Below, piece after piece: positions 24,432 to 35,639 of a stretch of 64,000 nucleotides of DNA. Both the position numbers and the translations under genes were made by a program. The notes beneath the pieces were generated by a model. The model was not told the origin of the DNA, ran no database searches, and saw only the letters and a list, made by a program, of their open reading frames with translations. The DNA lies in contig CAWHTE010000001.1 in the NCBI GenBank assembly GCA_963832165.1, forward strand, positions 256,001 to 320,000, in the 5' to 3' direction. Origin of the DNA: an uncultured delta proteobacterium (GTDB lineage: Bacteria; Myxococcota_A; UBA9160; SMWR01). How positions within the stretch are numbered: the stretch's first letter is position 1; each line of letters begins with the position of its first letter.

Positions 24432-25133
24432 TCAGGGCGAGATCTCGATCACCTTCACCCCGTCCGGAACCTCGAAACGGAACTCGGACTCGCCGGGGTT
24501 CAGGTTGAAGCGCTGATCGCGGAACTCCACGACCACGGTGTTGCCCAGCAGATCCACGATGCGCGTCTGATGCACGTCCCCGGACGCGGGGTCGACGCGC
24601 AGCATCAGCTTCTCGTAGGTCGCGGGCTGACGCGGAATCAGCTCGAGCTCCGCCGCCGCTTTGTCACACGACTTCGCGGTGACCTTGAAATCGCGGCGCA
24701 TGTCTCCCGCACCGAGCAGGAACTGAGCGGCGGCGCCGGTGAGGAAGCCCTCGGCGGCCGGAAGCTTCTGGACCTCGCCGAACGCGGGATCGAAGATCCA
24801 GACCGTCTTGCCGTCGCTCACGACCAGGCTCGGCTCCGGCTCTTCGTAGGTCCAGCGCATCTTTCCGGGCTTGGCCAGCGTCACGCGCCCGCGCGAGGCC
24901 GCGGGAGAGGTCGGGGAAGTGCCGAAGCGCGCTGCGTGGGTGGACTGTTCGAAGCGCGCCGAGACGTCGCGGACCCCCTCGTAGCGCGACTGGACCGCGG
25001 TCGCCGCGCGATCTCGGCAGCGCTCCGCTTCGGATGCGCCGCGGGCCTTCTCGCCTGCCGAGGCATTCGAGCCGGCCGTCGACAGCGCGGCGGCGAGTAC
25101 CAGGGCCGCGCCTCTCCTGTGCCACGGGGTCAT
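24432..25133 (-). CDS. lolA: Outer-membrane lipoprotein carrier LolA
   Basis: Signal peptide, ARFEQ, KPGKMRWTYEEP, VSDGKTVWIFDP, FRFEVPDGV. Follows ftsK. Confidence 0.88.
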   Translation of the reverse strand: MTPWHRRGAALVLAAALSTAGSNASAGEKARGASEAERCRDRAATAVQSRYEGVRDVSARFEQSTHAARFGTSPTSPAASRGRVTLAKPGKMRWTYEEPEPSLVVSDGKTVWIFDPAFGEVQKLPAAEGFLTGAAAQFLLGAGDMRRDFKVTAKSCDKAAAELELIPRQPATYEKLMLRVDPASGDVHQTRIVDLLGNTVVVEFRDQRFNLNPGESEFRFEVPDGVKVIEISP

Positions 25134-25170
25134 GCCGGACTCCGACGTCGCGCGCGCGCGCGGATTCGAA

Positions 25171-27579
25171 TCAAGAGTCGAGCGCGCTCACGAAGACTTC
25201 GCGCGGCTTCGTCCCGACCTGCGGCCCGACCACACCCTGCTGCTCCATGTACTCGACGATCCGCGCAGCGCGGTTGTAGCCGATCTTCAGGCGGCGCTGC
25301 ACGTACGAGATCGACGCGTTGCGCGTCTGGGCCACGATCGCCACGGCCTGGTCGTACATCTCGTCGATGTCGTCGTCGCCGCCGGGACGATCCTCGCTCT
25401 CCGCGTTCAACTTCACGAGATCGACGTCGAAGCTGGGCGCGCCCTGTTCGCGCAGGAAGTTGGTGAGGTTGGCGACCTCGTCCTCCGTGACGAAGGCGCC
25501 GTGCACGCGCTGCAACTTCGACGTACCCGGCGGCACGAACAGCATGTCGCCCGAGCCGAGCAGCTGGTCCGCGCCGTTCTGGTCGAGCACCGTGCGCGAG
25601 TCGATCTTCGTGGATACCTGGAACGAGATCCGGGCCGGGAAGTTCGCCTTGATCACGCCCGTCAACACGTCGACGCTCGGGCGCTGCGTGGCGAGCACGA
25701 GGTGGATGCCGGCGGCGCGCGCCATCTGCGCGAGTCGCTGCAGCGACTCCTCGACGTCCTTCGCGCATACCACCATCAGATCCGCGAGCTCGTCGATCAC
25801 CACTAGGATGTACGCGAGCGGGCGGAACTCGACCTCGACGCCCACCTCCTCCTCGTCGTGGCGAGGCTTGAGCCGGAACGTCTTGTTGCCTGCGGCGATC
25901 TCCTTCTGGCAGCGCTCGTTGAACTGCTGGATGCTGCGCACGCCGAGCGCGGCCATCAGCTGATATCGCTCCTCCATCTTGCGCACGATGCCCGCGAGCG
26001 CGGCCGAAGCGCGCTTGGGGTTGGTCACGACGTCAGCGATCAGGTGCGGAATTCCCGCGTAGACCGAGAGCTCGAGCAGCTTGGGGTCGATCAGCAGGAG
26101 CTTGAGCTCGTCGGGCGTGCGTCGGCACAGGATCGAGCAGAGCAGCGAATTCAGGAACACGCTCTTCCCGGTGCCCGTCGCCCCCGCGACCAGCAGATGC
26201 GGCATCTTGGCGAGGTCGGCGTCGACCGGATTCCCGAAGATGTCCTTGCCGACGGCGACCGGCAGCGGCGCGTTGCTGTTGCGGAACTTCTCGCTCTCGA
26301 GCAGCTCGCGCAGATAGACGGTCTCGCGTTCGGCGTTGGCTACTTCGATCCCGACCACCGCCTTGCCCGGCAGCGGCGCGATGATCCGGACCGAGAGCGC
26401 GCGCAGCGCGAGCTCGAGATCGTCCTGCAGGTTCACGATCTTCTGGACCTTGATGCCCGACGCCGGCTCGAACTCGTACATCGTGACCACGGGTCCGGGG
26501 TGCACCTTCACGACGCTGCCGCCCACGTTGAAGTCCGCGAGCTTCTTCTCGAGGATCCGCGACTGCATGATCAGGCTCTCGCGGTCGTAGGCACGCGTGT
26601 CGCGCCGCGGCTCCTGGAACATCGAGATGTCGGGAAGCCGATAGGGGCCGTGCGGCCGGGACTCGCGGAACGAGAAGCTCGCCTGGCGGGCACCCTTCGC
26701 CGCGCGCTCCTCCGCGTGGTCGACGATCTGCGGCGGCCCCTTGCGGGTGCTCTGCACCGGCGTGGGCACGGCGCTCGCGGCCGTGGGTTCGACCACCTCC
26801 TGGGCGGCGACGTCGGCCTCGGGCTCGATCTCGGGCTCGCGCTGTGCGGCCACCCGCACGCGGCGCGCGCGCTGCTCGCGCCATACGGTGAGGCTGCGCC
26901 AGCCCTCGTCCAGCCCGCGGCCTAACGCTGTGAACGCGCGCCGCGACGCGTGTGCAGCCGCCACCGCCGTGCGTCCGGCTCCCGCGACGGCGCCGAACAC
27001 GAGCGCGCTCAGCGCGGCGATCGCGATCCCGATCCCCGCGATCGTGCGTTCGAGCGAGATGTGCGTGACCGCGAGCGCTCCGACCGCGGCTGCGAGCGCG
27101 TTGGCGAGCAGGGCACCCCAGGTTCCGAGCGCCCAGACCTGATAGCTCGCGAGCAGCTCGCCGAGCCGGCCCCCTTCGAGGCCGGCGAAGCGCGGAATGG
27201 CGGCCCCGAGCAGCGGGGGCAACGCGCACGCGGGCAGTAGCAGCAGCGGGATCGAGAGCTGCAGACGAGCCGAGGCCGGCGGAAGTCCGCGGCCGGCCAG
27301 AAAGCGCGCCCCGATCACGGCCACGACCGCCACGAGTAGATAGGAGGCCAGGCCGAAGCTTCCGAACAGGCCCGCCGCGACGAGCCCGCCGAGGCGGCCG
27401 CCGCGGTTGGCGACGCGGTCGGCGCCCCAGAGCGGGTCGCCCGGTGCGTAGCTCCAGAGCGCGATCGCCGAGAACACGGCGAAGCCCAGCAGCGCGACGC
27501 CGGCTGCCTCGCGCACGAACGGACTGCTCGCGAACCGGGTCTCGGCGCGAGCGGACCGAGCCCGCTCCGCCCTAGCCAT
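25171..27579 (-). CDS. ftsK: DNA translocase FtsK
   Basis: N-terminal TMs, PHLLVAGATGTGKS, IDELADLM, ATQRPSVDV, gamma domain QRRLKIGYNRAARI. Confidence 0.97.
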   Translation of the reverse strand: MARAERARSARAETRFASSPFVREAAGVALLGFAVFSAIALWSYAPGDPLWGADRVANRGGRLGGLVAAGLFGSFGLASYLLVAVVAVIGARFLAGRGLPPASARLQLSIPLLLLPACALPPLLGAAIPRFAGLEGGRLGELLASYQVWALGTWGALLANALAAAVGALAVTHISLERTIAGIGIAIAALSALVFGAVAGAGRTAVAAAHASRRAFTALGRGLDEGWRSLTVWREQRARRVRVAAQREPEIEPEADVAAQEVVEPTAASAVPTPVQSTRKGPPQIVDHAEERAAKGARQASFSFRESRPHGPYRLPDISMFQEPRRDTRAYDRESLIMQSRILEKKLADFNVGGSVVKVHPGPVVTMYEFEPASGIKVQKIVNLQDDLELALRALSVRIIAPLPGKAVVGIEVANAERETVYLRELLESEKFRNSNAPLPVAVGKDIFGNPVDADLAKMPHLLVAGATGTGKSVFLNSLLCSILCRRTPDELKLLLIDPKLLELSVYAGIPHLIADVVTNPKRASAALAGIVRKMEERYQLMAALGVRSIQQFNERCQKEIAAGNKTFRLKPRHDEEEVGVEVEFRPLAYILVVIDELADLMVVCAKDVEESLQRLAQMARAAGIHLVLATQRPSVDVLTGVIKANFPARISFQVSTKIDSRTVLDQNGADQLLGSGDMLFVPPGTSKLQRVHGAFVTEDEVANLTNFLREQGAPSFDVDLVKLNAESEDRPGGDDDIDEMYDQAVAIVAQTRNASISYVQRRLKIGYNRAARIVEYMEQQGVVGPQVGTKPREVFVSALDS

Positions 27580-27872
27580 GGCGGTAGCCGTCGCCCATCG
27601 AACTCACCCCCCGGGATCCGCTAGGCCGCATCAGGGTAGACGGGCACCGAGAGGCGTCAATGCCCCGCGCTCCGGCCCGAAATGCGCCGCGCCCGATCGG
27701 GCGTGCGCGAGAGATCAGCGCGCGCTGCGCATCGCGTTCGATCGCACATTGCGCACATCCGACGAGTTCAAACCGCGTTCGAGCAATTCGTCGCACGCAT
27801 CGCCTTGACGCTCGCCACTCGCGAAGAGAACATCGCGAGAGCACCCCAATCACCGACGGATGAGAGGCCCCC

Positions 27873-28286
27873 ATGGCGAGCATCAACAAAGTGATCTTGA
27901 TCGGAAACCTCGGGCGAGATCCGGAGCTGCGCTACACGCAAGGCGGTCAGGCGGTGGCGAACTTCACGCTGGCCACGAACGAGCGCTTCTCGGGCAAGGA
28001 CGGCGAAAAGCAGGAGCGCACCGAGTGGCACCGCATCGTCGCATGGGGTCGCACCGCAGAGCTCTGTGCGCAGTACTTGTCCAAGGGTCGCAGCGTCTAT
28101 CTCGAGGGGCGCTTGCAGACCCGGGAGTGGGAGGACAAGGAGGGCCAGAAGCGCAAGACGACCGAGGTCGTCGCCAACACGGTGCAGTTCCTGGGTGGAC
28201 GCGGCGAAGGGGGCCCGGCTGGCCCGGCGTCCTCCGACGGCGGCTTCGACGCGGGACCGCCGCCTTCCGACGACGTTCCGTTCTAG
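27873..28286 (+). CDS. ssb: Single-stranded DNA-binding protein
   Basis: [22 protein letters not shown]-terminal DDVPF. Confidence 0.98.
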   Translation: MASINKVILIGNLGRDPELRYTQGGQAVANFTLATNERFSGKDGEKQERTEWHRIVAWGRTAELCAQYLSKGRSVYLEGRLQTREWEDKEGQKRKTTEVVANTVQFLGGRGEGGPAGPASSDGGFDAGPPPSDDVPF

Positions 28287-28326
28287 CGCGCGAGCGCCTG
28301 AAGCGGCGCGCAGTCTGGGCTGCGGC

Positions 28327-28746
28327 TCAGTCGCCCTTGCCGACGCGCAGGCCGCGCACGAGCTGGTTGATCAGCTCGCGCGACTGGCCGTCGAGGTTCT
28401 CGAACTCGATGCCCATGCCCGGGGGCTCGTCGCGGTTTCCCTCGGTCGTGCGCACGACGCGGCCCATCACCGCGATCGGCTCGTCACTGCCCGGGATGCG
28501 GAACTGCAGCGCCACGGGAGCGCCCGGCTCGGGAGGCGTCTCGGTCTCCACGAACATGCCGCCTTCGTTGATGTTGCGCGCGAACTCGGAGAACAGCTCG
28601 TCGACCGTCTTGTAGTCGACCCGCACCATGAGCTCGACGCGCTCCGCGCGCCGCCGCTCCACGCGCGCGCCATTGGGGTCGTCGGGGAAACGTTGGACGC
28701 TGGTCTTCACGGCAATCCCGAGGGGCTTCGAGGGCCCTTGTCTCAT
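28327..28746 (-). CDS. Stand-alone PilZ-domain protein (myxobacterial TIGR02266-like)
   Basis: RRRAER (RxxxR), NINEGGMFV, PGMGIEF. ATGA overlap with radC. Confidence 0.85.
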   Translation of the reverse strand: MRQGPSKPLGIAVKTSVQRFPDDPNGARVERRRAERVELMVRVDYKTVDELFSEFARNINEGGMFVETETPPEPGAPVALQFRIPGSDEPIAVMGRVVRTTEGNRDEPPGMGIEFENLDGQSRELINQLVRGLRVGKGD

Positions 28747-29453
28747 CGACCCGACGTCCCCGATTCATTAGCGAAGGCTCCGTCGAGGGTGCCGTCCTCG
28801 CGCAGGCTCACGTAGCCGCGCTCCGCCACGATCACGTGATCCAGAACACGTACACCCAGGACCTCCCCCGCGCGCGCGAGCCGCTCCGTGACGACCCGAT
28901 CCTCCGCGCTCGGGGTCGGGTCGCCGCTGGGGTGGTTGTGGACCAGGATCAGCGCAGCCGCGCTCGCGCGCAGCGCCGGGCGGAAGACTTCGCGCGGGTG
29001 CACGAGGCTCGCGGTCAGCGTGCCCTGCGAGACCGTCTCCTCCCCGAGCACGCGGTGTCGCCCATCGAGGAACAGCACGACGAAGCGCTCCTGGGAGAGC
29101 CGGCGCAGCCGCGCGCCGAAATGTCGAAATACGTCTTCGGGACTCCGCAGCGGGGCGCCCTCGGGCAGATGGGAGCTCGCGCAGCGCCGACCCAGCTCGA
29201 ACGCCGCGATCAGCGATGCGGCCTTCGCGGCGCCGACGCCGGGCACCGCCGCGAGCTCGCAGGCCGGCGCCGACTCCAGCCGATCGATTCCACCGCTGCG
29301 CGCGATCAAGGCGCGCGCGACGTCGACTGCGTCGCACCCGCGCGCGCCCGTGCGCAGCAGCAACGCGACCAGCTCCGCGGAGCTGAGCGCTTCCACGCCG
29401 CGCGAGCGCAGGCGCTCGCGGGGTCCCTCGGTCCGTGCGGGCGTCCGCTCCAT
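28743..29453 (-). CDS. radC: RadC/JAB-domain protein
   Basis: PRERL, HhH motif GVGAAKA, VHPREVF, HNHPSGDPTPSAED, LDHVIV. Confidence 0.95.
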   Translation of the reverse strand: MERTPARTEGPRERLRSRGVEALSSAELVALLLRTGARGCDAVDVARALIARSGGIDRLESAPACELAAVPGVGAAKAASLIAAFELGRRCASSHLPEGAPLRSPEDVFRHFGARLRRLSQERFVVLFLDGRHRVLGEETVSQGTLTASLVHPREVFRPALRASAAALILVHNHPSGDPTPSAEDRVVTERLARAGEVLGVRVLDHVIVAERGYVSLREDGTLDGAFANESGTSGR

Positions 29454-29503
29454 CGGCGCACTCGCATCCGTTTGGGGACCGGGAATGCGAGCTTAGCAGG
29501 CGT

Positions 29504-30250
29504 TCAGCGTCCGGAGACCTCGGCGACGAGCGTCGCGCGCAGCATGCGATCGACGAGCTGCGACGCGAGCGGATGCTGACTCTCGCGGACTCTCAGCGCG
29601 ATCTCCGGCGCGTCGCCTCGCTCGGCGGCGCGATCGGCCAGGCGCGCGATGAAGCGGTCGCGCTGTGCGACGAGCTCCAGGCGCTGTGCGAATGCGGTCG
29701 GATCGATCATGAGCTGGTTCAGCTGGTGGTCGAGGCGCGAAGCAAATGCCTCGTCCATGGGAGCGCGCTCCGGCCGGAACCGCGGGGCGGCGGCCGGCGC
29801 CTGGGCGAACACGGACACGAACTGCGGGCGGACCAGGACGCGCCGGTGATTCGCCCGCTCCGGCGTGATCGCACCCGCGATGTTCGGGGAATTGGGTGCG
29901 ACGACTCCCGGCGTGCTCCGCAATACCGACGGGACCGACTCGGGTGCGAGTGCGGCAACGAACAGCGCGGCGATGCCGGCGGCGAGCATCGCCCCGACTC
30001 CGGGACGTGTCAGGTAGCGAGCAGCGCCGAACAGCGCGTGGACCACGCGCGGTCGCGACTCGTCCGCGGCGATGCGCGCGAGTATCCGTTGGCTGAGCTC
30101 GGGCGATCGCTCGGGCTCCGGAAGCGATCGGAGCAGTGCGACGAGTCGCGCGAGCTCCTGCTGGCTCTGCGGATCGGCGGCGCCGTGCTCCTGGCGGAGC
30201 AGTTCGAGCGCCCACGATTCGAGCGGCTTGGGGTCGGGGCGGGGGGTCAC
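29504..30250 (-). CDS. Putative membrane-anchored anti-sigma factor
   Basis: GTGA overlap with the ECF sigma stop; LRSLPEPERSPELSQRILARI followed by one TM helix. Confidence 0.65.
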   Translation of the reverse strand: MTPRPDPKPLESWALELLRQEHGAADPQSQQELARLVALLRSLPEPERSPELSQRILARIAADESRPRVVHALFGAARYLTRPGVGAMLAAGIAALFVAALAPESVPSVLRSTPGVVAPNSPNIAGAITPERANHRRVLVRPQFVSVFAQAPAAAPRFRPERAPMDEAFASRLDHQLNQLMIDPTAFAQRLELVAQRDRFIARLADRAAERGDAPEIALRVRESQHPLASQLVDRMLRATLVAEVSGR

Positions 30251-30915
30251 GACTTCTCTCCTGTCGGCGAGCTCTGCACGAACTCCTTGAGGCGGTCTCG
30301 CAATCCGAGGCGCGCGCGGTGGATGCGCGACTTCACGGTCCCTTCCGGGATGCCCAGGATCTCGGCGATGTCCTTGTAGGATTGGCCCTCGATGTCGTAG
30401 AGGACGACGGCGACGCGGAGTTCCTCGGGGAGCCACTGCAGCGCGTCCTGCACTCGACTCTGGATCTCCGCGCCATGTGCCGCATCTTCGGGATCGCGCA
30501 AAGCAACGTGGATCTGCGCACCCGCAGCGTGGCGCTGAGCGAGCTCGAGCTCGCGCGCACGTGCGCGGCCGAGGCTGCGGCGCCGGTTCAGCGCCGCATT
30601 CGCGGCGACCCGGTAGAGGAAGGTCGAGAAGCGCGCTTCGCGGCGGAACCGGTGCCCGTGGCGGTGCAGGCTCAGAAACGCCTCCTGCGCCGCGTCCTCC
30701 GCTTCTTCGCGGTTTCCGAGCATGCGGTAGAGCAGGCGGAAGACGTTGCGCTCGTGGGTGCGGACCAGGCGCTCGAACGCGCCCGTGTCGCCGGCCTGCC
30801 AGCGCGCGATCAGCTCGGCGTCGGGGTCCTCCGACGGCCGGAAGGTCTCCGCATCGCGAATGCGGGAAACGGCCCGGATCGGGCCGGCTTCCGCGATCTC
30901 GCTGAGACCATGCAT
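30247..30915 (-). CDS. ECF RNA polymerase sigma factor (start uncertain)
   Basis: GDTGAFERLV, AEDAAQEAF, FSTFLYRVAAN, SYKDIAEILGIPEGTVKSRIHRAR. Confidence 0.93.
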   Translation of the reverse strand: MHGLSEIAEAGPIRAVSRIRDAETFRPSEDPDAELIARWQAGDTGAFERLVRTHERNVFRLLYRMLGNREEAEDAAQEAFLSLHRHGHRFRREARFSTFLYRVAANAALNRRRSLGRARARELELAQRHAAGAQIHVALRDPEDAAHGAEIQSRVQDALQWLPEELRVAVVLYDIEGQSYKDIAEILGIPEGTVKSRIHRARLGLRDRLKEFVQSSPTGEKS

Positions 30916-30992
30916 GCCCGAACTCGGACACCGCGAATCCGCGCGCGGTTCTCGGGTGTCGCGCGGGTCGGTATCGCGCGGACCCCGGGCGC

Positions 30993-31495
<503 letters not shown>

Positions 31496-31499
<4 letters not shown>

Positions 31500-32359
31500 G
31501 AATGTGGACTCCGTGCTTGCGCGATCTGCTCCTCGAAGAACGAAGCCACATCGCCGAGCACCTTCGGGTAGCTCGGCTCGTTGAAGATCTCGTGGCGGAG
31601 CCCGGGATAGCCCACGTAGCGCGCCGACGGGGCCGCCGCTGCGAACTGCTCGCTCCCGTGGGATGGGCAGATCGGGTCGTCGGTGCCGTGCAGCACGAGC
31701 AGCGGCAGAGCCACTTCGGCTCCGCTCGGGCCGGTTCGCTCCACCGTTCCCATGAGCTCGGCCGCGAGCGACGCGGTCATCTTGCGCTCGACGAGCGGAT
31801 CGGCGAGGTAGGCCTCGAGCACGCGCGGGTCGGTGGACAATCCCTGGAGGTCGAGACCCGCATCGAGCCGCAGCCGCGGAAGCACCGCTCGAATCAAGCG
31901 CGCCATCCGGATCCGGCCCTTCGTGTCGGGCAGCGCGAGCGGCGCGCCCGACAGCACGACACCCGAGACGCTCGGCTTGCGCTCCCTCGCGAACGTCGCC
32001 ACCACGAGGCCGCCCATGCTGTGCCCGATCAGGAACAGCGGATCCTCGGGTGCATCTGCGCGGACCTGCTCCAGCACGATCGCGAGGTCGTCCAGATATT
32101 CGGCGAACGAATCCACGTGACAGCGCCGGCCCGCGGACTGACCGTGTCCGCGGTGGTCGTAGGCGTGAGCGGCGAAGCCATGCTCTGCGAGCCACTGACC
32201 CACGTGTTCGTAGCGGCCGCTGTGCTCGGCGAAGCCGTGGACGATCAACGCGGTAGCGCGCGAGTGCTCGGGCAGCCAGCCGCGCCGGAACAGCGCGGCT
32301 TGGGACGAACCGCGCGTCGACAGCTCGTAGCGGCGGGTCGCGGGGGTCGTGCTCTCCAA
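31496..32359 (-). CDS. Alpha/beta hydrolase (lysophospholipase/monoacylglycerol lipase-like); start uncertain
   Basis: [33 protein letters not shown]. Confidence 0.9.
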
Positions 32360-32369
32360 CGTGGACCGG

Positions 32370-32900
32370 TCAGGATGCGACCCGGTGGCGAACCGTCGCT
32401 CGCGCTGCGCGCACCCGATCCAGATAGGCGACGCCACGAATGTCGGAGCCCCAGAAGTAGGCCGAGATGCCGTCGTCTTCGCCCAGGCGCCGGATGTTGT
32501 CGGCGAGAATCGAGCAGCCGGCCGCGATGTTGCTTTCGATGGTCGTCAGGTTACCGGCCAGGATACGCGCTTCGGTCATGTACGGCATGACCTGCATCAA
32601 CCCGATCGCGCCCTTCGGCGAATACGCCCAGGGCCGAGCTCCGCTCTCGACGAGGATGATCGCGGTCACGAGCTGGGGATCGAGAGCGTAGTCGGTGCTG
32701 CTGCGCAGGACCGCGCGGCCGATCCGCACCCGCTCGGCTTCGGAGAGGTTGGGATTCGCGGAAGCGACGATCTGACCGATCGCGTCGGCGCTCAGCGCTG
32801 CGGGACCCCGATCTGCGGCCGAGCGATCCGACGCGACCGCTCCGCGCCATACCTGTGCGGTCGCGAGCGCAGCGAGCAGCAGGACCTGCCAACGCCTCAT
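32370..32900 (-). CDS. Secreted SLT-domain lytic transglycosylase
   Basis: Signal peptide, AIILVES, SPKGAIGLMQVMP, NIAAG. Confidence 0.88.
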   Translation of the reverse strand: MRRWQVLLLAALATAQVWRGAVASDRSAADRGPAALSADAIGQIVASANPNLSEAERVRIGRAVLRSSTDYALDPQLVTAIILVESGARPWAYSPKGAIGLMQVMPYMTEARILAGNLTTIESNIAAGCSILADNIRRLGEDDGISAYFWGSDIRGVAYLDRVRAARATVRHRVAS

Positions 32901-33098
32901 CGAAGCCTCCCGCGGGTTGGCGCAGCCAACCGCCCCCCTGATTCTCGAGCCGCGCAAGCATATCGAGCGATCGAATCGGGTACCAAATCGGATGAGGCGA
33001 AACGCCCCAAATTAACCCGCAAAGACCGCTCGTTCGCACCGGTTTTTCCGGCGCTTTTCAACGCAACACAATCGTGCGCGAGATGTCGTTTCTGCGCG

Positions 33099-33128
33099 TT
33101 GACCCTCCGCTCGGGCCGGTGATAGGAT
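33099..33128 (+). promoter_or_regulatory. Candidate sigma70 promoter upstream of the PAS kinase
   Basis: TTGACC-N18-TAGGAT with a TGn extended -10, in an AT-enriched divergent intergenic region. Confidence 0.45.
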
Positions 33129-33375
33129 GCAGAACGGAAGGGATGGGACAGGCGTCGGGTAACGGCCCGACAGGGGAACCGTACAGAGCACAGGTGGGGC
33201 AGCGCGCATAGCGTTCCTGTTTCTGCACGGTTAGGCGAAATGGTTCCGGCTTCGGGGGGACGGCGCAGATCTTTTGACGCGGCCGCATTTGCGGGCGCGA
33301 TGCAGCAACAGAGCACGGGTTCAGGGCCCCGCAGCCAAAGCTGACCTAATCGCTGGCCCAGGAGTTCCATCTCCG

Positions 33376-34821
33376 ATGACGGCTCAGAAACCTGCCGCGA
33401 CCGATCTGCTTTCCGCCGTACCGATTCGGCGGATCCTGGATGGACTTGCGCGTATCCACCGCTGGGTCCTCGTGATGGACGCGCGGCTCCGGGTCGTCTT
33501 CATGAGCGACGCGCTGCGCGAGCTGCCGGGCATGGAGGACATCGCGGTCGGTGTCGATGCGCGGACCTTCCTGGCCAAGCTGCCGAAACCGGAGCAGGTC
33601 TTCCCGCTGCGCTCGCGGATGCGCGAGCGCGCTCATCTCACCGGCTCGCACCTGGAGATCCGGATCTCCGAAGGGCGCACGATCCCGATCGACATCGACC
33701 TCGTGCGCGTCGATTCCCCGGATTCGCCGGAAGGGAATCTGCTGATCGCGGTCGCGACGGAGCACGCGTCGCCGGCGGGCGACGAGCTGGAAGCGCGTCT
33801 GCTCGACGCGCTGTCCGATGGCGTGCTCGCGGTCGACGCCGGGGGCTTCGTGCGCCGCGCGAACCGCGCCGCGCTTCGGATCCTCGAGGCGTCCGCCGAC
33901 GAGGTGTTGGCCCACTCGATCACGTCGCTGCTCGCGAAGGGCGCCGACGAGATCGAAGCGCTGGCGGAGCTGCTCGGAGGCGCACCGCGCGAAGGCGTCT
34001 GCGAGCTGACCCAGCGCTCGCGGTCGGGTGCGCTTCGCAATCTGGAGGTCCGGCTCGCGCCGCTGTCGAACAACGCGCGCGCGGTCGTTCTGCGCGACGT
34101 GACCGCGCATCGGCTCGCCGAGCAACGACTGCGCAAGGCGAACGAGGAGCTCGAGCACTGCGTCGGATCGCTCGCTCACGACCTGCGTTCGCCGCTGGTG
34201 GGCCTGCTCGGCTTCTCGCGGCTGCTGCGCCAGGACTACGAGGACTCGCTCGACGAGACAGGGCACCATTTCCTCGACCGCATCGAGCAGGGCGCGCGCA
34301 CGATGGAGTCGCTGATCCACGATCTGCTCGAGCTCGCGCGCATCGGCGAATCGGGCGAGCGCCCGGTGCTGGTCGATCCGCGCGAAGTCCTGCTCCAGCT
34401 CGCCGCGGAGCTGAAGCCGCGCCTGGAGTTGAACGGGATCGATCTGGTGCTTCCGACGGCTCTCGTGTCCCGCATGTACTGCGATCGCTCGCGCATATAC
34501 CAGGTGTTCTCGAATCTGATCGGGAACGCGATCGATCACATGGGCCCGCGCCGCGACGCCCGCATCGAGGTGCAGATCGACGAGGACGACCGCCGCCACG
34601 AAATCGTCGTGGCCGACAACGGGCGCGGCATCGATCCGACGCACCGCGGGCGGATCTTCGAGGCGTTCCAGAGCATCGGCACGCGATCGGACGGCCGGCG
34701 CGGCACGGGCATGGGCCTCGCGATCGTGAAGAAGATCGTCGAGAAGCGCGGCGGCGAGGTCTGGGTCGAGAGCGAGCTCGGCCGCGGCACTCGCTTCCAC
34801 GTCACGTTCCCGCGCAGCTGA
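33376..34821 (+). CDS. Cytoplasmic PAS-domain sensor histidine kinase
   Basis: PAS-like segments, H-box AHDLRSPL, NLIGNAI, DNGRGI, GTGMGLAIV, GTRF. Confidence 0.92.
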   Translation: MTAQKPAATDLLSAVPIRRILDGLARIHRWVLVMDARLRVVFMSDALRELPGMEDIAVGVDARTFLAKLPKPEQVFPLRSRMRERAHLTGSHLEIRISEGRTIPIDIDLVRVDSPDSPEGNLLIAVATEHASPAGDELEARLLDALSDGVLAVDAGGFVRRANRAALRILEASADEVLAHSITSLLAKGADEIEALAELLGGAPREGVCELTQRSRSGALRNLEVRLAPLSNNARAVVLRDVTAHRLAEQRLRKANEELEHCVGSLAHDLRSPLVGLLGFSRLLRQDYEDSLDETGHHFLDRIEQGARTMESLIHDLLELARIGESGERPVLVDPREVLLQLAAELKPRLELNGIDLVLPTALVSRMYCDRSRIYQVFSNLIGNAIDHMGPRRDARIEVQIDEDDRRHEIVVADNGRGIDPTHRGRIFEAFQSIGTRSDGRRGTGMGLAIVKKIVEKRGGEVWVESELGRGTRFHVTFPRS

Positions 34822-34886
34822 CCGCGCGAGGACGGGTCCGCCGGTCGGTTGCTCCGCTGCGGGCACTCCCGTAGCCTCGCGCGCCC

Positions 34887-35639
34887 ATGTACCCGGTTCT
34901 GTTCCGGATCGGCGACTTCCCGATCAGCACGTTCGGGCTGATGATGGCCACGGCCTTTCTGGTCGGCTCGTGGATCACGGCGCGGCGCATGAAGGAGGTG
35001 GGGCTCGATCCCGACCTCGCCACGACGATCCTCGTCTACGTGATGCTCGGGGGCATCGCGGGCTCGAAGCTCTACTTCGCGATCGACGTCTCGCTTCGCG
35101 AAGGGCGACCGTTCACCGAGCTCTTGTTCGCGCGCGACGGGATCACCTGGTACGGCGGGTTGATCCTCGGCACCGTGATCGGCTCGATCGGCGCGCGCCT
35201 CCACGGCGTGTCGGTCGTCCAGATGATGAACTGTGTGGCGCCGGCGGTCGCGGTCGGGCAGGCAATCGGCCGCGTCGGCTGCTTCCTGGTCGGCGACGAC
35301 TACGGCAGGGCGAGCGACCTGCCCTGGGCGGTCGCCTTTCCGCAAGGAGCTCCGCCGACCGATCCGGGTGTGCGGGTCCATCCCACCCAGATCTACGAGA
35401 TTCTCTGGCTGTTGCCCGTCGCGTTCTGGCTCTGGAAGCGGCGCGACCGCAGCCCGTTCCTGTTCGGCGAATACCTGTTTGCGAACGGCCTCGGTCGGCT
35501 CGTGATCGAGACGCTGCGCGTGAACCCGAAGGTGCTGGCCGGGCTGACCGAGCCGCAGATCGTCGGCCTAGCGCTGATCGCGGGCGGAAGCGTTTCCTGG
35601 CTCTACTTCCGATCGCGCAGGACGCCTGTCACCGCTTGA
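34887..35639 (+). CDS. lgt: Prolipoprotein diacylglyceryl transferase
   Basis: MYPVLF, WYGG, GRVGCFLVGDDYG, HPTQIYE. Confidence 0.93.
   Translation: MYPVLFRIGDFPISTFGLMMATAFLVGSWITARRMKEVGLDPDLATTILVYVMLGGIAGSKLYFAIDVSLREGRPFTELLFARDGITWYGGLILGTVIGSIGARLHGVSVVQMMNCVAPAVAVGQAIGRVGCFLVGDDYGRASDLPWAVAFPQGAPPTDPGVRVHPTQIYEILWLLPVAFWLWKRRDRSPFLFGEYLFANGLGRLVIETLRVNPKVLAGLTEPQIVGLALIAGGSVSWLYFRSRRTPVTA

Noticed and set aside
28743..29453. radC as a marker of a mobile element
   Set aside because: It is the full-length HhH + JAB chromosomal form among housekeeping genes, with no integrase, transposase or att-like repeats.
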